From an uncultured Acidimicrobiia bacterium (GTDB lineage: Bacteria > Actinomycetota > Acidimicrobiia > Spongiisociales > UBA4744): a DNA stretch of 64,000 bases. Location: contig CAZWHZ010000001.1 in NCBI GenBank assembly GCA_964633745.1, positions 6,406 through 70,405 on the forward strand. Direction: 5' to 3'. Both the position numbers and the translations under genes were made by a program. The notes beneath the pieces are model-generated. The model made no database searches. It was given only the letters and a program-made list of their open reading frames with translations, and had not been told where the DNA came from. Shown here piece by piece: positions 20,885-30,157 of the stretch. The first letter of the stretch is position 1, and every line of letters begins with the position of its first letter.

Positions 20885-21492
20885 GCTTGGAGCAGGCAAT
20901 CAGCGAACTCCCCGGTGTCGTCTCGGCGACCGTCGAACGGAGTGGCCCGTCGATCATCGGCGTGCGAGTCGAGATGGAAGAGGACGCCGACGAGCAAGCA
21001 GTTGGCGCGATGGTGAGCGGGATCCTCGAGGACGAAGGATACCGTTCGCGAGTGGCCCCTGAGCGAGTACGTATCGAACCAGAAACCCCACCGATGCCTC
21101 CAGTCGCCGGGAGTGGAGGCATGGAAGACGAGGGGGCACTCCAGCAGGCGGAGTCGCCACCGTCCACGCCGGGTGGGTTGCTGCGGTCGGTCGTGGTCGA
21201 CGAGGGCCACTCCGGAGTGTCTGTGACGGTCACGGACTCCGTAGGGAGAACCGTGACGAAGGCGGGCGGGACTACGCACACAGGTCGTCAACGCGCGATC
21301 GTCGCCGCCGTCGCCGATCTCCTCGGCGAAGAACCACCCCCTCGTCTGACAGAGGTCGTGGAACGCGAGGGGGGAGTGGTGCTGGTCGTCCTGGAGGATC
21401 GCACGGGGTGCACGCGAGCAGGAACGGCGGTCATCCGCTCGGGATTCGACTTCGCGTTTGCCTTGGCCGTGTGGAACGCCTTCAGGCGTTGA
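20881..21492 (+). CDS. hypothetical protein with three internal ~45-aa repeats
   Basis: repeated pattern V-x-V-[ED]..G..V.V......A..AVA..L three times; codon usage consistent with its neighbours. Confidence 0.45.
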   Translation: MSLEQAISELPGVVSATVERSGPSIIGVRVEMEEDADEQAVGAMVSGILEDEGYRSRVAPERVRIEPETPPMPPVAGSGGMEDEGALQQAESPPSTPGGLLRSVVVDEGHSGVSVTVTDSVGRTVTKAGGTTHTGRQRAIVAAVADLLGEEPPPRLTEVVEREGGVVLVVLEDRTGCTRAGTAVIRSGFDFAFALAVWNAFRR

Positions 21493-21981
21493 CTACGACG
21501 CTTCGTCGACGCTGACCAATTCGATCACGACGTCGTGGTCGTTGCCTGCCGTGCGCTCTGGGCGCGGAGGGGCCAGCTGCTCGTAGTCATATTGGACCCG
21601 ACGATCGAGGATGTCCCGGATCAGCAACCGTGCAGGGTCGAGTCGAGGTTCTGAGAGGATCTGTACGTCCTCTTCCATGGTGCTGATGACGCTCACATTA
21701 CGACTTCGCAGGTCGTGCAAGATGATTTCCTGCACGAGCAGGTCGGGGGAGAGGATATCGAGGGAAGAAACCACGACGGCGTCCGCGTGCCGGGTACTGA
21801 TGACCTCCATGAGTGCCCGAAACCCGTCGCCGCGTGGCTCGCCACTCGGCGCACGGACGTCCTGGCACATGGCGATCAACTGGTAGCCGTGCTCGGAAGA
21901 CCACCGCCGCACGCGTTCCGATTGTGCGTACAACGTCTCGCCCCCGGCCGGCAGCTCACGGGCATAGCCGGCAACTCTCAT
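21493..21981 (-). CDS. serine-recombinase (resolvase) catalytic-domain-like protein; catalytic Ser region disrupted and no HTH domain
   Basis: MRVAGYARE... aligns to resolvase MRLFGYARVST..; a ..VVVSSLDIL.. region is present; a 7-aa insertion replaces the Ser10 segment. Confidence 0.5.
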   Translation of the reverse strand: MRVAGYARELPAGGETLYAQSERVRRWSSEHGYQLIAMCQDVRAPSGEPRGDGFRALMEVISTRHADAVVVSSLDILSPDLLVQEIILHDLRSRNVSVISTMEEDVQILSEPRLDPARLLIRDILDRRVQYDYEQLAPPRPERTAGNDHDVVIELVSVDEAS

Positions 21982-22048
21982 GGGGCGAGTCTCGCTGGCC
22001 CTGAAACCAGTGTCAAGGATCAGGTGGATGCCGCCCGAACGGGCTGAC

Positions 22049-22564
22049 TCAGGTGCGCAGCAGGAGAACGGAGCATGGGGCCCGACGTGCCAGGCGAGTG
22101 CTGGTGGATCCCAGCATTCCATCGAACATTCCCCTTCCTCGCGATCCGGCGCAAAGGAGATCGACCCCCGAATCTTCGACGGCCTGCAGGATCGGCCGTG
22201 TTGGGTCGGCGCCCTCGACGGCGACGGCCTCTACGGTGAGTCCCTTCGCGCGTATCGCTTCGGCGAGGGGGTGCGTTCTGCCTTCCTTCTGTTCCTGGAT
22301 GAAGGCGGCGATCAGCGCGTCATCACCCGGCCAGCTGGGCGAGACCGTCGTCACTTGTTTCGAAGAGACGTACTCGTCATCGGCGTCTGATCCCTGAATG
22401 ATGTCGCGGCGCTCGTAGAAGGTTCGGAGGTCGGAGAGCAAGGTTCGGGGGATCTCGATGACGGTCAGCACGGTGACGCGATCTTCCGGCTTGGCGAGGT
22501 GTGCGACGAATTCGGATGTCTCGGCGGGATCGAGACTGCCATCGGTCGTGACCATGATGTGCAT
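22049..22564 (-). CDS. universal stress protein (UspA family)
   Basis: ATP-binding Usp motif ..LLCAGSRGRG..GSTS..; the N-terminal 160 aa of ORF 22049..23050 was rejected. Confidence 0.75.
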   Translation of the reverse strand: MHIMVTTDGSLDPAETSEFVAHLAKPEDRVTVLTVIEIPRTLLSDLRTFYERRDIIQGSDADDEYVSSKQVTTVSPSWPGDDALIAAFIQEQKEGRTHPLAEAIRAKGLTVEAVAVEGADPTRPILQAVEDSGVDLLCAGSRGRGMFDGMLGSTSTRLARRAPCSVLLLRT

Positions 22565-22700
22565 GCTGGCTCCAGGCGGTGGACTGGTTGAGAGACTAGC
22601 GAGAGCACACGGCTGACGGCCGTTCCCCGCCGGCGTGCGAGCATTCTGGGTCGCTCGCCCTGTTTCCAGGCACATCGGTGAAGAAAGTGGGCCGATTGAG

Positions 22701-22742
22701 TTGACATGTGGCGCGGAATGGGTCATAGTGGCGCGCAGTGGA
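22701..22742 (+). promoter_or_regulatory. putative mraZ promoter (TTGACA-N17-CATAGT) with three GTGG[CA] direct repeats at 10/20-bp phasing (candidate MraZ boxes)
   Basis: TTGACA 22701-06; CATAGT 22724-29; GTGGC 22708, GTGGC 22728, GTGGA 22738. Confidence 0.4.
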
Positions 22743-22774
22743 GGACCGTAGATGCAATTGTCGGAGAAGCGCCC

Positions 22775-23206
22775 GTGTTCCTCGGTGAATACCGGCACAC
22801 GCTCGACCCGAAGGGGCGAATCGTGCTGCCCGCCGATGTCCGCGAAGACTTCGCCGATGGCTGTGTTGTCACCAAGGGGCAGGAGAAGTGCCTCTACGTC
22901 TTCCCTCTCTCCCGATGGGAAGAAGAGGTGGAGAAGTTGAATCGCCTGCCCCGTACGAACAAGAAAGTTCGCTCCTACCTTCGCTCGTACCTCGCGGGCG
23001 CGAAGGAAGTGATCCCGGACAAGCAGGGGCGAGTCATGGTACCGGAACACCTACGCACGTACGCCGGTCTCGATCGTGAGGCGGTTGTGGTGGGCGTGCT
23101 GGACCGCATCGAAATCTGGAACCAAGAGAGTTGGGAAGACCTCTCATCGGGAGCCGACGAATACCTGGCGAACATCGGAGAGGAGTTCGGCATAGAAGGA
23201 ATGTGA
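22775..23206 (+). CDS. mraZ: transcriptional regulator MraZ
   Basis: VFLGEYRHTLDPKGRIVLPA... duplicated MraZ/SpoVT-AbrB domains; GTG start chosen by homology. Confidence 0.85.
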   Translation: MFLGEYRHTLDPKGRIVLPADVREDFADGCVVTKGQEKCLYVFPLSRWEEEVEKLNRLPRTNKKVRSYLRSYLAGAKEVIPDKQGRVMVPEHLRTYAGLDREAVVVGVLDRIEIWNQESWEDLSSGADEYLANIGEEFGIEGM

Positions 23207-23299
23207 TCCCGTCTGGTGTATTGCCAGCCCCCCGGAACCATGAGGAAAGCCCCTTACTCCGCCCGCTTCCCATTGGTGCCAGCGCCCGGGGGGCTGGCA

Positions 23300-24199
23300 A
23301 TGGATCAGACACCGGATACTTACCACAATCCAGTGATGGTTGACGAAGTAGTCGAACTGTTTCGCCCGATTCCCGAAGGGGTCATCGTCGATGCCACCTA
23401 CGGCGGTGGTGGCCACAGCCTCGCCCTACGTGAGCTGGGCAGTCCCCTCATTGCTTTGGACCGTGATGCCGACGTCGAGGACGAGGGAGTTCATCGGCGC
23501 AACTTCCGCGACCTGGGTTCGGTATTGGAGGAGCTCGAGGCTCCTGAGGTCGCCGGGGTGCTGTTCGATCTCGGTGTCTCATCACATCAGCTCGACGAGG
23601 CTGATCGAGGATTCTCCTACCGGCTGACCGGCCCTCTCGACATGCGAATGGGTCCGGACGCCACTGTGGCCGCGGGGACGATCGTCAACGAGTGGGATGA
23701 AGCCGACCTCGTTCGCGTGCTCCGTAAGTACGGAGAAGAGCGCTTCGCCAGTCGCATCGCGAGATCGATCGTTCGCGCTCGGCCGATCCGTGACACGGTC
23801 CACCTGGCAGATGTGGTGAAGGAAGCCGTCCCGGCCGCAACTCGCCGCACCGGCGGCCATCCTGCCCGCCGAGCCTTTCAGGCCCTTCGGATCGCCGTCA
23901 ATGAGGAACTCGACGCGCTCCAGATGGGACTCGACGCGGCGATCGACGCCTTGGTACCGGGGGGTCGATGCGTGGTCATCTCCTACCATTCCCTCGAGGA
24001 CCGTATCGTCAAACAGCGGTTTGCCAAAGGAGCGGCCGGGTGCGTGTGCCCACCGGAACTGCCCGTGTGTGGGTGCGGACGAACGGCCGAACTCAGAGTT
24101 CTCACAAGAAGGGCCCTGACACCCTCAGAGGACGAGGTGGCCGGCAACCCTCGGGCCAGAAGCGCCAAGCTCCGGGCGGCCGAGAAGGTGGCAGCGTGA
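23300..24199 (+). CDS. rsmH: 16S rRNA (cytosine1402-N4)-methyltransferase
   Basis: ..HNPVMVDEV.. ..DATYGGGGHS.. SAM motif; the start at 23216 is also possible. Confidence 0.85.
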   Translation: MDQTPDTYHNPVMVDEVVELFRPIPEGVIVDATYGGGGHSLALRELGSPLIALDRDADVEDEGVHRRNFRDLGSVLEELEAPEVAGVLFDLGVSSHQLDEADRGFSYRLTGPLDMRMGPDATVAAGTIVNEWDEADLVRVLRKYGEERFASRIARSIVRARPIRDTVHLADVVKEAVPAATRRTGGHPARRAFQALRIAVNEELDALQMGLDAAIDALVPGGRCVVISYHSLEDRIVKQRFAKGAAGCVCPPELPVCGCGRTAELRVLTRRALTPSEDEVAGNPRARSAKLRAAEKVAA

Positions 24200-24594
24200 C
24201 TGCCCGGCCTGTTCCCGTTCAGAACCGACGGCTTCGGGTCATCCGTGGAGGTCAGCACCTGCGGCCGACACTCGGTACGTGGCTGGTGTTCACTGCCGTC
24301 GCGATCCTCCTCTTCTTCGCATTGATCCTTTCGAGAGTTGCGCTGGACAAACCGGCGCTGGAGTTGAGTGAGCTTCGGACTCAGATCGAAGCCGGACAGG
24401 CGCGGTATCAGCAGCTGCGTCTCGAAGTCGCACAGCTCCAAGCGCCAGATCGGATCATGTCGAGGGCGGACGAACTCGGGTTGATATACCCGGACAGTCT
24501 CCAGATCCTCATCGCAGACGGTGTAGGAGATGGAGCCCCCGCCGCCGGTGACCGTTTCGCCGATGTGAAGTCGATTCTCACGGCAGCGCCATGA
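24196..24594 (+). CDS. ftsL: cell division protein FtsL-like (septum formation initiator)
   Basis: position between rsmH and ftsI; single TM followed by a coiled coil; GTGA overlap with rsmH. Confidence 0.55.
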   Translation: MTARPVPVQNRRLRVIRGGQHLRPTLGTWLVFTAVAILLFFALILSRVALDKPALELSELRTQIEAGQARYQQLRLEVAQLQAPDRIMSRADELGLIYPDSLQILIADGVGDGAPAAGDRFADVKSILTAAP

Positions 24595-24650
24595 CGGGGA
24601 GCCGACGTCTCGCGGGTCGATCCGTGGTCGCTCGGCCACGGGGCTAGCTC

Positions 24651-26396
24651 ATGGCAGGGCGGGGGAAGAACCGCCATCCCGGGCGCATCCGCCTGATCGT
24701 CGTTGCCTCGATCGTGTTCCTCTCGTGGGTCGGAGTGGGATTCAGGCTGTTCCAGCTGCAAATCGTTCAGGCAGCCGATCTCAAGCAGCTGGGTATGGAT
24801 CAACGGGTGAGGGTCGAGACACTCGCCGCCGAGCGGGGAACCATCTACGACCGCGATGGGCGGGAACTGGCGATCACGGTGGAGGGGAAGACGATCGGTG
24901 CGGACACCGAACACGTCCAGGACCCTGAAGCGACGGCCCATCTTCTCGCGATCACGCTCGGACTGGATGAGCAGCAGATTCTTGCGACGCTCCAATCGGG
25001 GCGGCGCTGGGTGACGATCGCCCGCCAGCTCGACGTCGACAGAGCGGCTTTGGCCGACAACCTCGAGATACCGGGCGTCTACTCGTACCCTGAGGCGATG
25101 CGCGTGTATCCCGAAGGCACACTTGCCGCCCAGGTGCTCGGATTCGTCGACCCGGACGGGAATGGGCTCGAGGGGCTCGAATTCCGATACAACACACAGC
25201 TGACGGGGATCCCTGGCGAGGTCAGATTCGAGACCGACCGCGACGGCAACATCATCCCTCAGGGGTTGTACGAGCTCACACCCGCCACGCCGGGCAGTGA
25301 CCTCGTCACGACGATCGATCGCGACGTCCAATACATCGCCGAGCAAGAGTGCTTGGCCACGCTTCAACGGAGCGAAGCAGCCCGATGCACCGCGGTGGTG
25401 CTGGATCCAAGCACAGGAGAGATCCTCGCCATGGCATCCGTGCCGGGGTTCGACCCCAACAAGCGAAGCGGATCGACTCAGGACGATTGGACGAACTGGG
25501 CGGTCCTCGGCGCGTACGAGCCGGGAAGCACGGAGAAACTCATCACCGTCGCGGCAGCTCTCGAAGAGAAGGTGGTCGCGGCCAGCACGGCGTTCCAGGT
25601 GCCGGACATCATCGAGGTCGTCGACGGCGCCTGCGAAGGTCGCACCAACGCGAGCGGTGTCGAGATCAACGGCTGCTACCACGACGCCGAATCGCATCCC
25701 ACGGAGAGTCTCACGGTCAGGGACATCGTCACGAGATCATCGAACGTTGGAACGATCAAGATCGGCGAACTGCTGGGCATCGACCGGCTCTCTCGGTACA
25801 TCCATGCGTTCGGGCTTGGGGAGAAGACCGGCGCGGATGTCCCCGGCGAGTCACCAGGGAACCTGAACCTGGATCCGACTTGTCCCACCTGTCTCGCCTC
25901 GGCTTCGATCGGCTATGCCGTCGCCGTGACACCACTTCAGATGGTCGCCGCCTACGGTGCCGTCGCGAACGATGGCATCTGGGTGCAACCTCACCTCGTG
26001 AACGAACTCGTCGACGGCTCGGGGATCCGGCGTCCAATCAGCCCGGAGACCAGACAGGTCGTCTCCAGTGCCACCGCAGCGACAATGCGTGCACTCTTGC
26101 GGAACGTCATCGAGAGCGGCGAAGGAACCGGCAGCGGCGCTCAGGTGAATGGATACACCGCCGCCGGGAAGACCGGCACGGCCCGCAAGTTCGTTCCGGA
26201 CCAAGGCGAGTACTCGAACGACTACGTCGTGAGCTTCATGGGCATGGCCCCTGCAACCAACCCGCGGATCGTGGTCGGGATCATCGTCGACTCTCCGAAG
26301 ATCGGAGAGAGCGGCGGGAGGGTGGCCGCGCCGGCGTTCGCCGCGATAGCAGAGGACACGTTGCACCGCCTCGGAGTACCGCCAGATGCCCCGTGA
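24651..26396 (+). CDS. ftsI: peptidoglycan D,D-transpeptidase FtsI (class B PBP)
   Basis: PBP dimerisation domain plus transpeptidase domain with S-x-x-K, SxN and KTG motifs. Confidence 0.85.
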   Translation: MAGRGKNRHPGRIRLIVVASIVFLSWVGVGFRLFQLQIVQAADLKQLGMDQRVRVETLAAERGTIYDRDGRELAITVEGKTIGADTEHVQDPEATAHLLAITLGLDEQQILATLQSGRRWVTIARQLDVDRAALADNLEIPGVYSYPEAMRVYPEGTLAAQVLGFVDPDGNGLEGLEFRYNTQLTGIPGEVRFETDRDGNIIPQGLYELTPATPGSDLVTTIDRDVQYIAEQECLATLQRSEAARCTAVVLDPSTGEILAMASVPGFDPNKRSGSTQDDWTNWAVLGAYEPGSTEKLITVAAALEEKVVAASTAFQVPDIIEVVDGACEGRTNASGVEINGCYHDAESHPTESLTVRDIVTRSSNVGTIKIGELLGIDRLSRYIHAFGLGEKTGADVPGESPGNLNLDPTCPTCLASASIGYAVAVTPLQMVAAYGAVANDGIWVQPHLVNELVDGSGIRRPISPETRQVVSSATAATMRALLRNVIESGEGTGSGAQVNGYTAAGKTGTARKFVPDQGEYSNDYVVSFMGMAPATNPRIVVGIIVDSPKIGESGGRVAAPAFAAIAEDTLHRLGVPPDAP

Positions 26397-27834
26397 AACT
26401 CCGCTCTCCCGGATCGCCGACTTCGTCGGGGGCAGGATCGTCGGCGATCGAACCGTGCAGGTCGAGAACGTGCAGCACGACAGCAGAAGGTCCGGGAAGG
26501 GGACACTGTTCGTGGCGATTCGTGGTTTCGAAGCGGATGGCCACCACTTCATTGACGACGCCATCAGTAGGGGGGCCGCCGCGATCTGTGTCGATCATCC
26601 CATCGATTCGGGTGTTCCTCAGATCGTTGTCGAGGACACCAGGCTTGCACTTGGACCGATCTCATCCGTTGTCTACGGTCACCCGACCAGGGATCTGCCG
26701 GTGATTGGAGTGACCGGAACCAACGGCAAGACGACGACTACCCACCTCATCGAAGCGATCGGCGCTGCTGCGGATTTGAACACCGCGGTCATCGGAACGA
26801 TTGGTGCCCGCATCGGCGGCGAGCGCATTCCTTTGGAGAGAACCACCCCGGAGGCTTCGGAACTCCAAGCACTCTTCTCGGAGATGCGAGACAGGTCCGT
26901 CGATCTGGCTGCGATGGAAGTGTCGTCGCATTCTCTGGCACTCCATCGTGTCGACGGAACACACTTCAAGATCGTGGCGTTCACGAATCTGTCGCAGGAC
27001 CACCTGGACTTCCACAAGGACATGGATACGTACTTCGCCGCCAAGGCGCAGCTCTTCTCGGCCGAGAGAGCCGAGAAGGCGGTGATCTTCACGGACGACT
27101 CCTACGGCCGCCGCCTCGCGTCCACTATCGATCTCCCTGTCACAAAGGTGGGCTTCGACTCGACAGCAGACATTCGGGCGGAGGCGATCACGGCATCTAT
27201 CTCACACAGCGAGTTCACCATCGTCGCCGATGGACGGTCATATCCCGTTCGGCTCGCGCTCGGAGGGATCTTCAACGTGGCCAACGCCCTCGTTGCAGTC
27301 GGGTGTGCGCTTGGTGTGGGCATCCCTATGGACAGGGTGATCGCCGGCCTCGAGGCCGTTCGGTCGGTGCTCGGAAGGTTCGAACTGGTGAGCGGAACGC
27401 ACCCGGTGTCGGTGATCGTCGACTATGCCCATACACCAGACGGTATCCAGGCGGTGGTCGGGGCCGCCCGAGGCGCAGTGACCGGCAGGGTGATCGTCGT
27501 GATCGGTGCCGGCGGCGACCGCGATCACGCCAAGAGGCCCGCAATGGGGTCCGCCGCCTCGGCGGCCGACGTGGTGATCATCACCAGCGACAATCCCAGA
27601 TCAGAGGATCCGGCCGCTATTTCCGAGGCCGTCGCCTCGGGAATCACGAAAGGTGAACCGGTGGTCGAACTGGATCGGCGAGCGGCGATATTCGAGGCCG
27701 TCGGGCGTGCAAACGAAGGTGATGTCGTGCTGGTGCTCGGCAAAGGCCACGAGGCGACGCAGATCTTCAAGAACCGCACCGTGCACTTCGACGACCGAGA
27801 AGTTGCCAGGGAAGCGCTGGAGGCCAGACCATGA
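26386..27834 (+). CDS. murE: UDP-N-acetylmuramoyl-L-alanyl-D-glutamate--2,6-diaminopimelate ligase
   Basis: GVTGTNGKTTT Mur ligase P-loop; DNPR motif ..ITSDNPRSEDP.. characteristic of MurE. Confidence 0.9.
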   Translation: MPRETPLSRIADFVGGRIVGDRTVQVENVQHDSRRSGKGTLFVAIRGFEADGHHFIDDAISRGAAAICVDHPIDSGVPQIVVEDTRLALGPISSVVYGHPTRDLPVIGVTGTNGKTTTTHLIEAIGAAADLNTAVIGTIGARIGGERIPLERTTPEASELQALFSEMRDRSVDLAAMEVSSHSLALHRVDGTHFKIVAFTNLSQDHLDFHKDMDTYFAAKAQLFSAERAEKAVIFTDDSYGRRLASTIDLPVTKVGFDSTADIRAEAITASISHSEFTIVADGRSYPVRLALGGIFNVANALVAVGCALGVGIPMDRVIAGLEAVRSVLGRFELVSGTHPVSVIVDYAHTPDGIQAVVGAARGAVTGRVIVVIGAGGDRDHAKRPAMGSAASAADVVIITSDNPRSEDPAAISEAVASGITKGEPVVELDRRAAIFEAVGRANEGDVVLVLGKGHEATQIFKNRTVHFDDREVAREALEARP

Positions 27835-28898
27835 TCAGGCTGGGCCTCGCGGGGGGAGTGGCGTTCCTCGCATCCATCCTGGTCATGCCGTGGGTGATCA
27901 AGAAGCTCCGACAACACGACTTCGGGCAGTTCATTCAGGAGGAGGTCGAGGGTCACTTCCACAAGCAGGGGACTCCCACCATGGGAGGCGTCGTGATGAT
28001 CGGCGCGGTCCTCGTCGCCTACCTGATCTCACACGTCCGTGTGTGGGATCTCGACAGGGTGCATCTCTCGATAGAGCCGTTCTCGACCGGGGGGATGCTG
28101 GCGATCCTGGCGTTCGTCGGCATGGGGGTCATCGGGCTGGCAGACGACTACATCAAGGTCTCTCGGAAGCGAAGTCTCGGGCTCTCCAAGGCCGGCAAGT
28201 TCGGCGGCCAACTGGTGGTCGCCGCAGCATTCGCATGGGCGGCCACCGAGGCCGGCGTTTCGACGCAGTTGTCGCTTACCCGGCCCCTCAACATCGATCT
28301 CGGAGTCTTCTTCGTGGCGTTCGTTCTGCTGTGGTTGTCGGGCATGGCCAACGCCGTGAACTTCGCCGATGGCATGGACGGCCTCGCTGCCGGCTCGGCC
28401 GCCCTCGTCTTCGGTGCGTTCGTGCTGATCGGCTACTGGAAGTTCCGCCATCCGGAGTTCTATCCGACGGCTAGCTCTTCTCTTGAACTGGCCGTCGTTT
28501 CGGCATCGATGCTCGGGGCCACGCTCGGGTTCCTTTGGTGGAATGCATCCCCGGCCAGGGTCTTCATGGGTGACGTCGGCTCTCAAGCGCTCGGAGGTCT
28601 GATGGCGGCGCTCGCCATTCTCACCAACACGGAGCTGCTGCTCATCTTCCTGGGAGGGCTCTACGTAGCCGAGATGGTTTCCGTGATTCTTCAGATCGCA
28701 AGCTTCCGCCTCTTCGGTAGGCGCATCTTCAGGATGGCGCCATTTCATTATCACTTCGATCTCAAAGGCTGGCCCGAGACGACGGTGGTGGTGCGGTTCT
28801 GGATCATCGCAGGACTCTGTGTCGGCATCGCATTGGCGATCTTCTATGGCGACTTCGTCAACAGCGGCCTGCTCGACCTACCGGGACTGGGCAGATGA
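27831..28898 (+). CDS. mraY: phospho-N-acetylmuramoyl-pentapeptide transferase
   Basis: 10-TM MraY with ..PTMGG.. and ..DGLAAG.. motifs; ATGA overlap with murE. No murF is present between murE and mraY. Confidence 0.9.
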   Translation: MIRLGLAGGVAFLASILVMPWVIKKLRQHDFGQFIQEEVEGHFHKQGTPTMGGVVMIGAVLVAYLISHVRVWDLDRVHLSIEPFSTGGMLAILAFVGMGVIGLADDYIKVSRKRSLGLSKAGKFGGQLVVAAAFAWAATEAGVSTQLSLTRPLNIDLGVFFVAFVLLWLSGMANAVNFADGMDGLAAGSAALVFGAFVLIGYWKFRHPEFYPTASSSLELAVVSASMLGATLGFLWWNASPARVFMGDVGSQALGGLMAALAILTNTELLLIFLGGLYVAEMVSVILQIASFRLFGRRIFRMAPFHYHFDLKGWPETTVVVRFWIIAGLCVGIALAIFYGDFVNSGLLDLPGLGR

Positions 28899-30157
28899 GG
28901 ACGCTTGTGCTCGGAGGGGCCGTGTCAGGGAGCGCAGCGGCCCGACTCGCCGCGAGGATCGGATATCGAGTCACCGTGTACGACGCCAATCCGGCCGTCG
29001 CCCAGTCGGTGCTCACGGAGGGGTTCTCGGTGGTCGGAGGCCCGTGGGATGCGTCGCTTCTGACCGGAATGGAGCTCGTGGTGGTCAGTCCTGGCGTACC
29101 CGAGCGTGCAGACCCGATCACCGACGCGCTGGAGGCCGGCCTTCCTGTCTGGTCGGAGCTCGAGTTCGCCGCTCGCCACGTGGACGCACCGCTGGTTGCC
29201 ATCACCGGGACGAACGGCAAGACCACCGTCACCGGCCTCGTCGCCGACATGCTGAAGGGGAGTGGACTCCACACCATCGCCGCGGGCAACATCGGGCTGG
29301 CACTCTCGGATGTCGCAGGCGGGAGGTGGGACGTTGTTGCGGTCGAGGCGTCGAGTTTCCAGCTCAGGTTCATCGACGCGTTCCGACCCTCCGTCTCCGT
29401 GGTGCTCAATCTCGCTCCCGATCACCTCGATTGGCACCCCTCCTTCGCCGCCTATCGAGCCGCCAAGGCGAGGATCTTCGAGAATCAGGGTGAGAATGAC
29501 GTTCTCGTCTTCAATGGCGGCGATCCGGACGTCGAGCAGCTCGTGCGGGGAGCCGGTGTGCGCACGATCGACTTCTCGGGGGGTCTCGGTCTCGACCATG
29601 CCGGTGTGCACATCCCGGCCGAGGCCTTTCCTGTCGACGATGCTGCGTTCATCGGAGATCTCCGCGCCGGGGCCATCGCTGCGCTCGAGGCCGGGGCATC
29701 GGCCGCGGCCGTCGAGGCAGCCATTCGAGGTTTCCATACCGGCCACCACCGCCGGGAACTCGTGGGCGTGTGGGACGGGGTCCGGTGGGTAAACGACTCG
29801 AAGGCGACCAATCCGCATGCTGCGGTCGCATCGGCGAGGAGCTACCCGTCGGTCGTGCTCATCGCTGGAGGCCGCAACAAAGGACTCGATCTCACACCGA
29901 TCACGAGTGTCGAGACTGTACGCCACCTGGTACTCATCGGAGAGAGTGCAGCAGAATTGGCCGCTGCCGCCGAGGAGACTCGATACTCGATGGCTTCCAC
30001 GATGCAGGACGCCGTCGCGATTGCCGATGGAATCGCCACTTCGGGCGATACCGTGCTCCTTGCGCCAGGCTGCACGAGCTGGGACATGTACCCGTCCTAC
30101 GCCGCGCGTGGAGACGAGTTCACCGAACAGGTGCGGAGTCGAAAGGAGTCGAGATGA
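28895..30157 (+). CDS. murD: UDP-N-acetylmuramoylalanine--D-glutamate ligase
   Basis: GTNGKTTVT P-loop; Rossmann-like N-terminal domain. Confidence 0.9.
   Translation: MRTLVLGGAVSGSAAARLAARIGYRVTVYDANPAVAQSVLTEGFSVVGGPWDASLLTGMELVVVSPGVPERADPITDALEAGLPVWSELEFAARHVDAPLVAITGTNGKTTVTGLVADMLKGSGLHTIAAGNIGLALSDVAGGRWDVVAVEASSFQLRFIDAFRPSVSVVLNLAPDHLDWHPSFAAYRAAKARIFENQGENDVLVFNGGDPDVEQLVRGAGVRTIDFSGGLGLDHAGVHIPAEAFPVDDAAFIGDLRAGAIAALEAGASAAAVEAAIRGFHTGHHRRELVGVWDGVRWVNDSKATNPHAAVASARSYPSVVLIAGGRNKGLDLTPITSVETVRHLVLIGESAAELAAAAEETRYSMASTMQDAVAIADGIATSGDTVLLAPGCTSWDMYPSYAARGDEFTEQVRSRKESR

Noticed and set aside
27831-27834. Hidden or degraded murF between murE and mraY
   Set aside because: murE's stop overlaps mraY's start, leaving zero intergenic bases. 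MurE is of normal length (482 aa), so no fusion.
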